Virus record (IMG/VR): IMGVR_UViG_3300036846_000887
Span: 1-52,373 of that record
Length of the DNA: 52,373 nucleotides
DNA from: a virus
Taxonomy: Duplodnaviria > Caudoviricetes
Reading direction: 5' to 3' (one strand)
Below the pieces are notes generated by a model that worked only from the letters and a program-made list of their open reading frames with translations, was not told the DNA's origin and made no database searches. Below are positions 51,436 through 52,373 of this stretch, in pieces. Position numbers and translations under genes: made by a program. Within the stretch, counting starts at the first letter, position 1; every line of letters begins with the position of its first letter.

Positions 51436-51542
51436 CTAGGTGTATGGCTGTGTAGTGGTGTAGGATTGGCCTATGGCCGATCGAACGAAGGACACGCGCA
51501 GGCGCTAGCCTGCCACTTCTGCGGCCGGAACGGAGCACCATC

Positions 51543-52373
51543 ATGTCTACTGGCAACCCTAAGAAGGACAGCTTTGCCTTGTCTTTCGCCAAGCTCGAAA
51601 GCTTCGCTCATGTCTATCCGACGCCCGAGCAGGCTCTTACGGCGCAGTTGAAGCTCACTGACAAGCTGGCATCGGTCGCGCGTACCGGTGCTGTCATGTC
51701 CTCCGCTATGGCCTACGGTGCGGTACGTAACGGCATCCTTGGCAAAGCTGCGCAGAAAGGTCCCGACGGTAAGCCTGTCGCGGGTACCGGCGCCAAAGGC
51801 ACCATGACGCAGGGTGAGTATGCCGATGCGGTCGGTCTGTCCAAGGGTTCGATCGGGATCTACATCCCGTGCGGGCAGGCGCTTGTCATGTTCGGCGTTC
51901 GACCCGAGTCGGCGGAGGAGATCCTGCCCGCGCGGTCCGAGGTCGCGGGTGATGCCCCGGTGACGCATGCGCGTCTGTGGAATCTGCTGTTCGGCCAGAC
52001 CATCGGCGCGGACGCCGAGGTTACGGCGTGGTTGCGTGCGAACGCCAACGCTACCGACATCCGGTCGCTTGCTGTGCTGGTCCGGTCGGTGCAGGATGCG
52101 CGGGACGCCAAGGCTGCAGCGGAGGCCGCTGAGGCCAAGGCTGCAGCGGAGGCGCTGCAGGCGGTTCGGGACGCAGGCGGTACCCCGCCTGCACCTCCGG
52201 CGGATGACGCCAAGCCTGTTGAAGCTGACAAGCCTGCGGCGATCCTGAAGCGTCTCGAACGTGAGGCGCGGGTGATCGCTGCGACCATCGCATCCGGCGC
52301 CTATGCGGATGAGAAAGCACGCACGGCGTTACTCGGCATGTTGGACGGTATGGCGTCCCGAGTGCGCAACGTC
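51543..52373 (+). CDS. 3'-truncated protein with central HTH-like motif (not in ORF track)
   Basis: AACGGAGC RBS; 277 open codons to window end; MTQGEYADAVGLSKGSIGIY. Confidence 0.85.
   Translation, partial: MSTGNPKKDSFALSFAKLESFAHVYPTPEQALTAQLKLTDKLASVARTGAVMSSAMAYGAVRNGILGKAAQKGPDGKPVAGTGAKGTMTQGEYADAVGLSKGSIGIYIPCGQALVMFGVRPESAEEILPARSEVAGDAPVTHARLWNLLFGQTIGADAEVTAWLRANANATDIRSLAVLVRSVQDARDAKAAAEAAEAKAAAEALQAVRDAGGTPPAPPADDAKPVEADKPAAILKRLEREARVIAATIASGAYADEKARTALLGMLDGMASRVRNV

Noticed and set aside
1-52373. Complete circular genome or terminal repeat
   Set aside because: Ends share only 3 nt (GTC) and both cut through ORFs; some sequence is probably missing
1-52373. Integrase, ParA, reverse transcriptase/DGR, tRNA
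   Set aside because: No diagnostic motifs or cloverleafs seen by eye; lifestyle left undetermined

Overview
The window is most of a high-GC tailed (siphovirus-type) actinobacteriophage genome; both ends cut through genes. The left arm (1-20.6 kb, + strand) holds early and replication genes: many small hypothetical and Zn-binding proteins, SSB, an HTH replication initiator with internal iterons, a DnaB-N/AAA helicase, HNH, HIT, VRR-NUC, a Rad52-like annealase and a Cas4-like exonuclease. The right arm (20.6-51 kb, - strand) is the virion operon, in transcription order: RHH/HTH regulators, terminase, portal, a MuF/2H-phosphoesterase/protease polyprotein, an M15-like endolysin, a fibre protein, two capsid proteins, major tail, connectors, frameshifting tail chaperones, tape measure, tail tip and fibres, and holin-like genes. 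It resembles the mycobacteriophage cluster B (Rosebush)-type structural module. I saw no integrase, tRNA or CRISPR array. The most striking unexplained structure is a genome-wide cis-regulatory grammar: 27 copies of a 14-bp palindrome CYTAGT-NN-ACTARG, almost all at gene junctions (12 supply a gene's stop codon), an AACGGAGC start-associated motif (15 exact copies), duplicated consensus promoter cassettes, a GATATC palindrome array and a perfect CRP-type box. All product calls come from motif recognition by eye; no searches were run.
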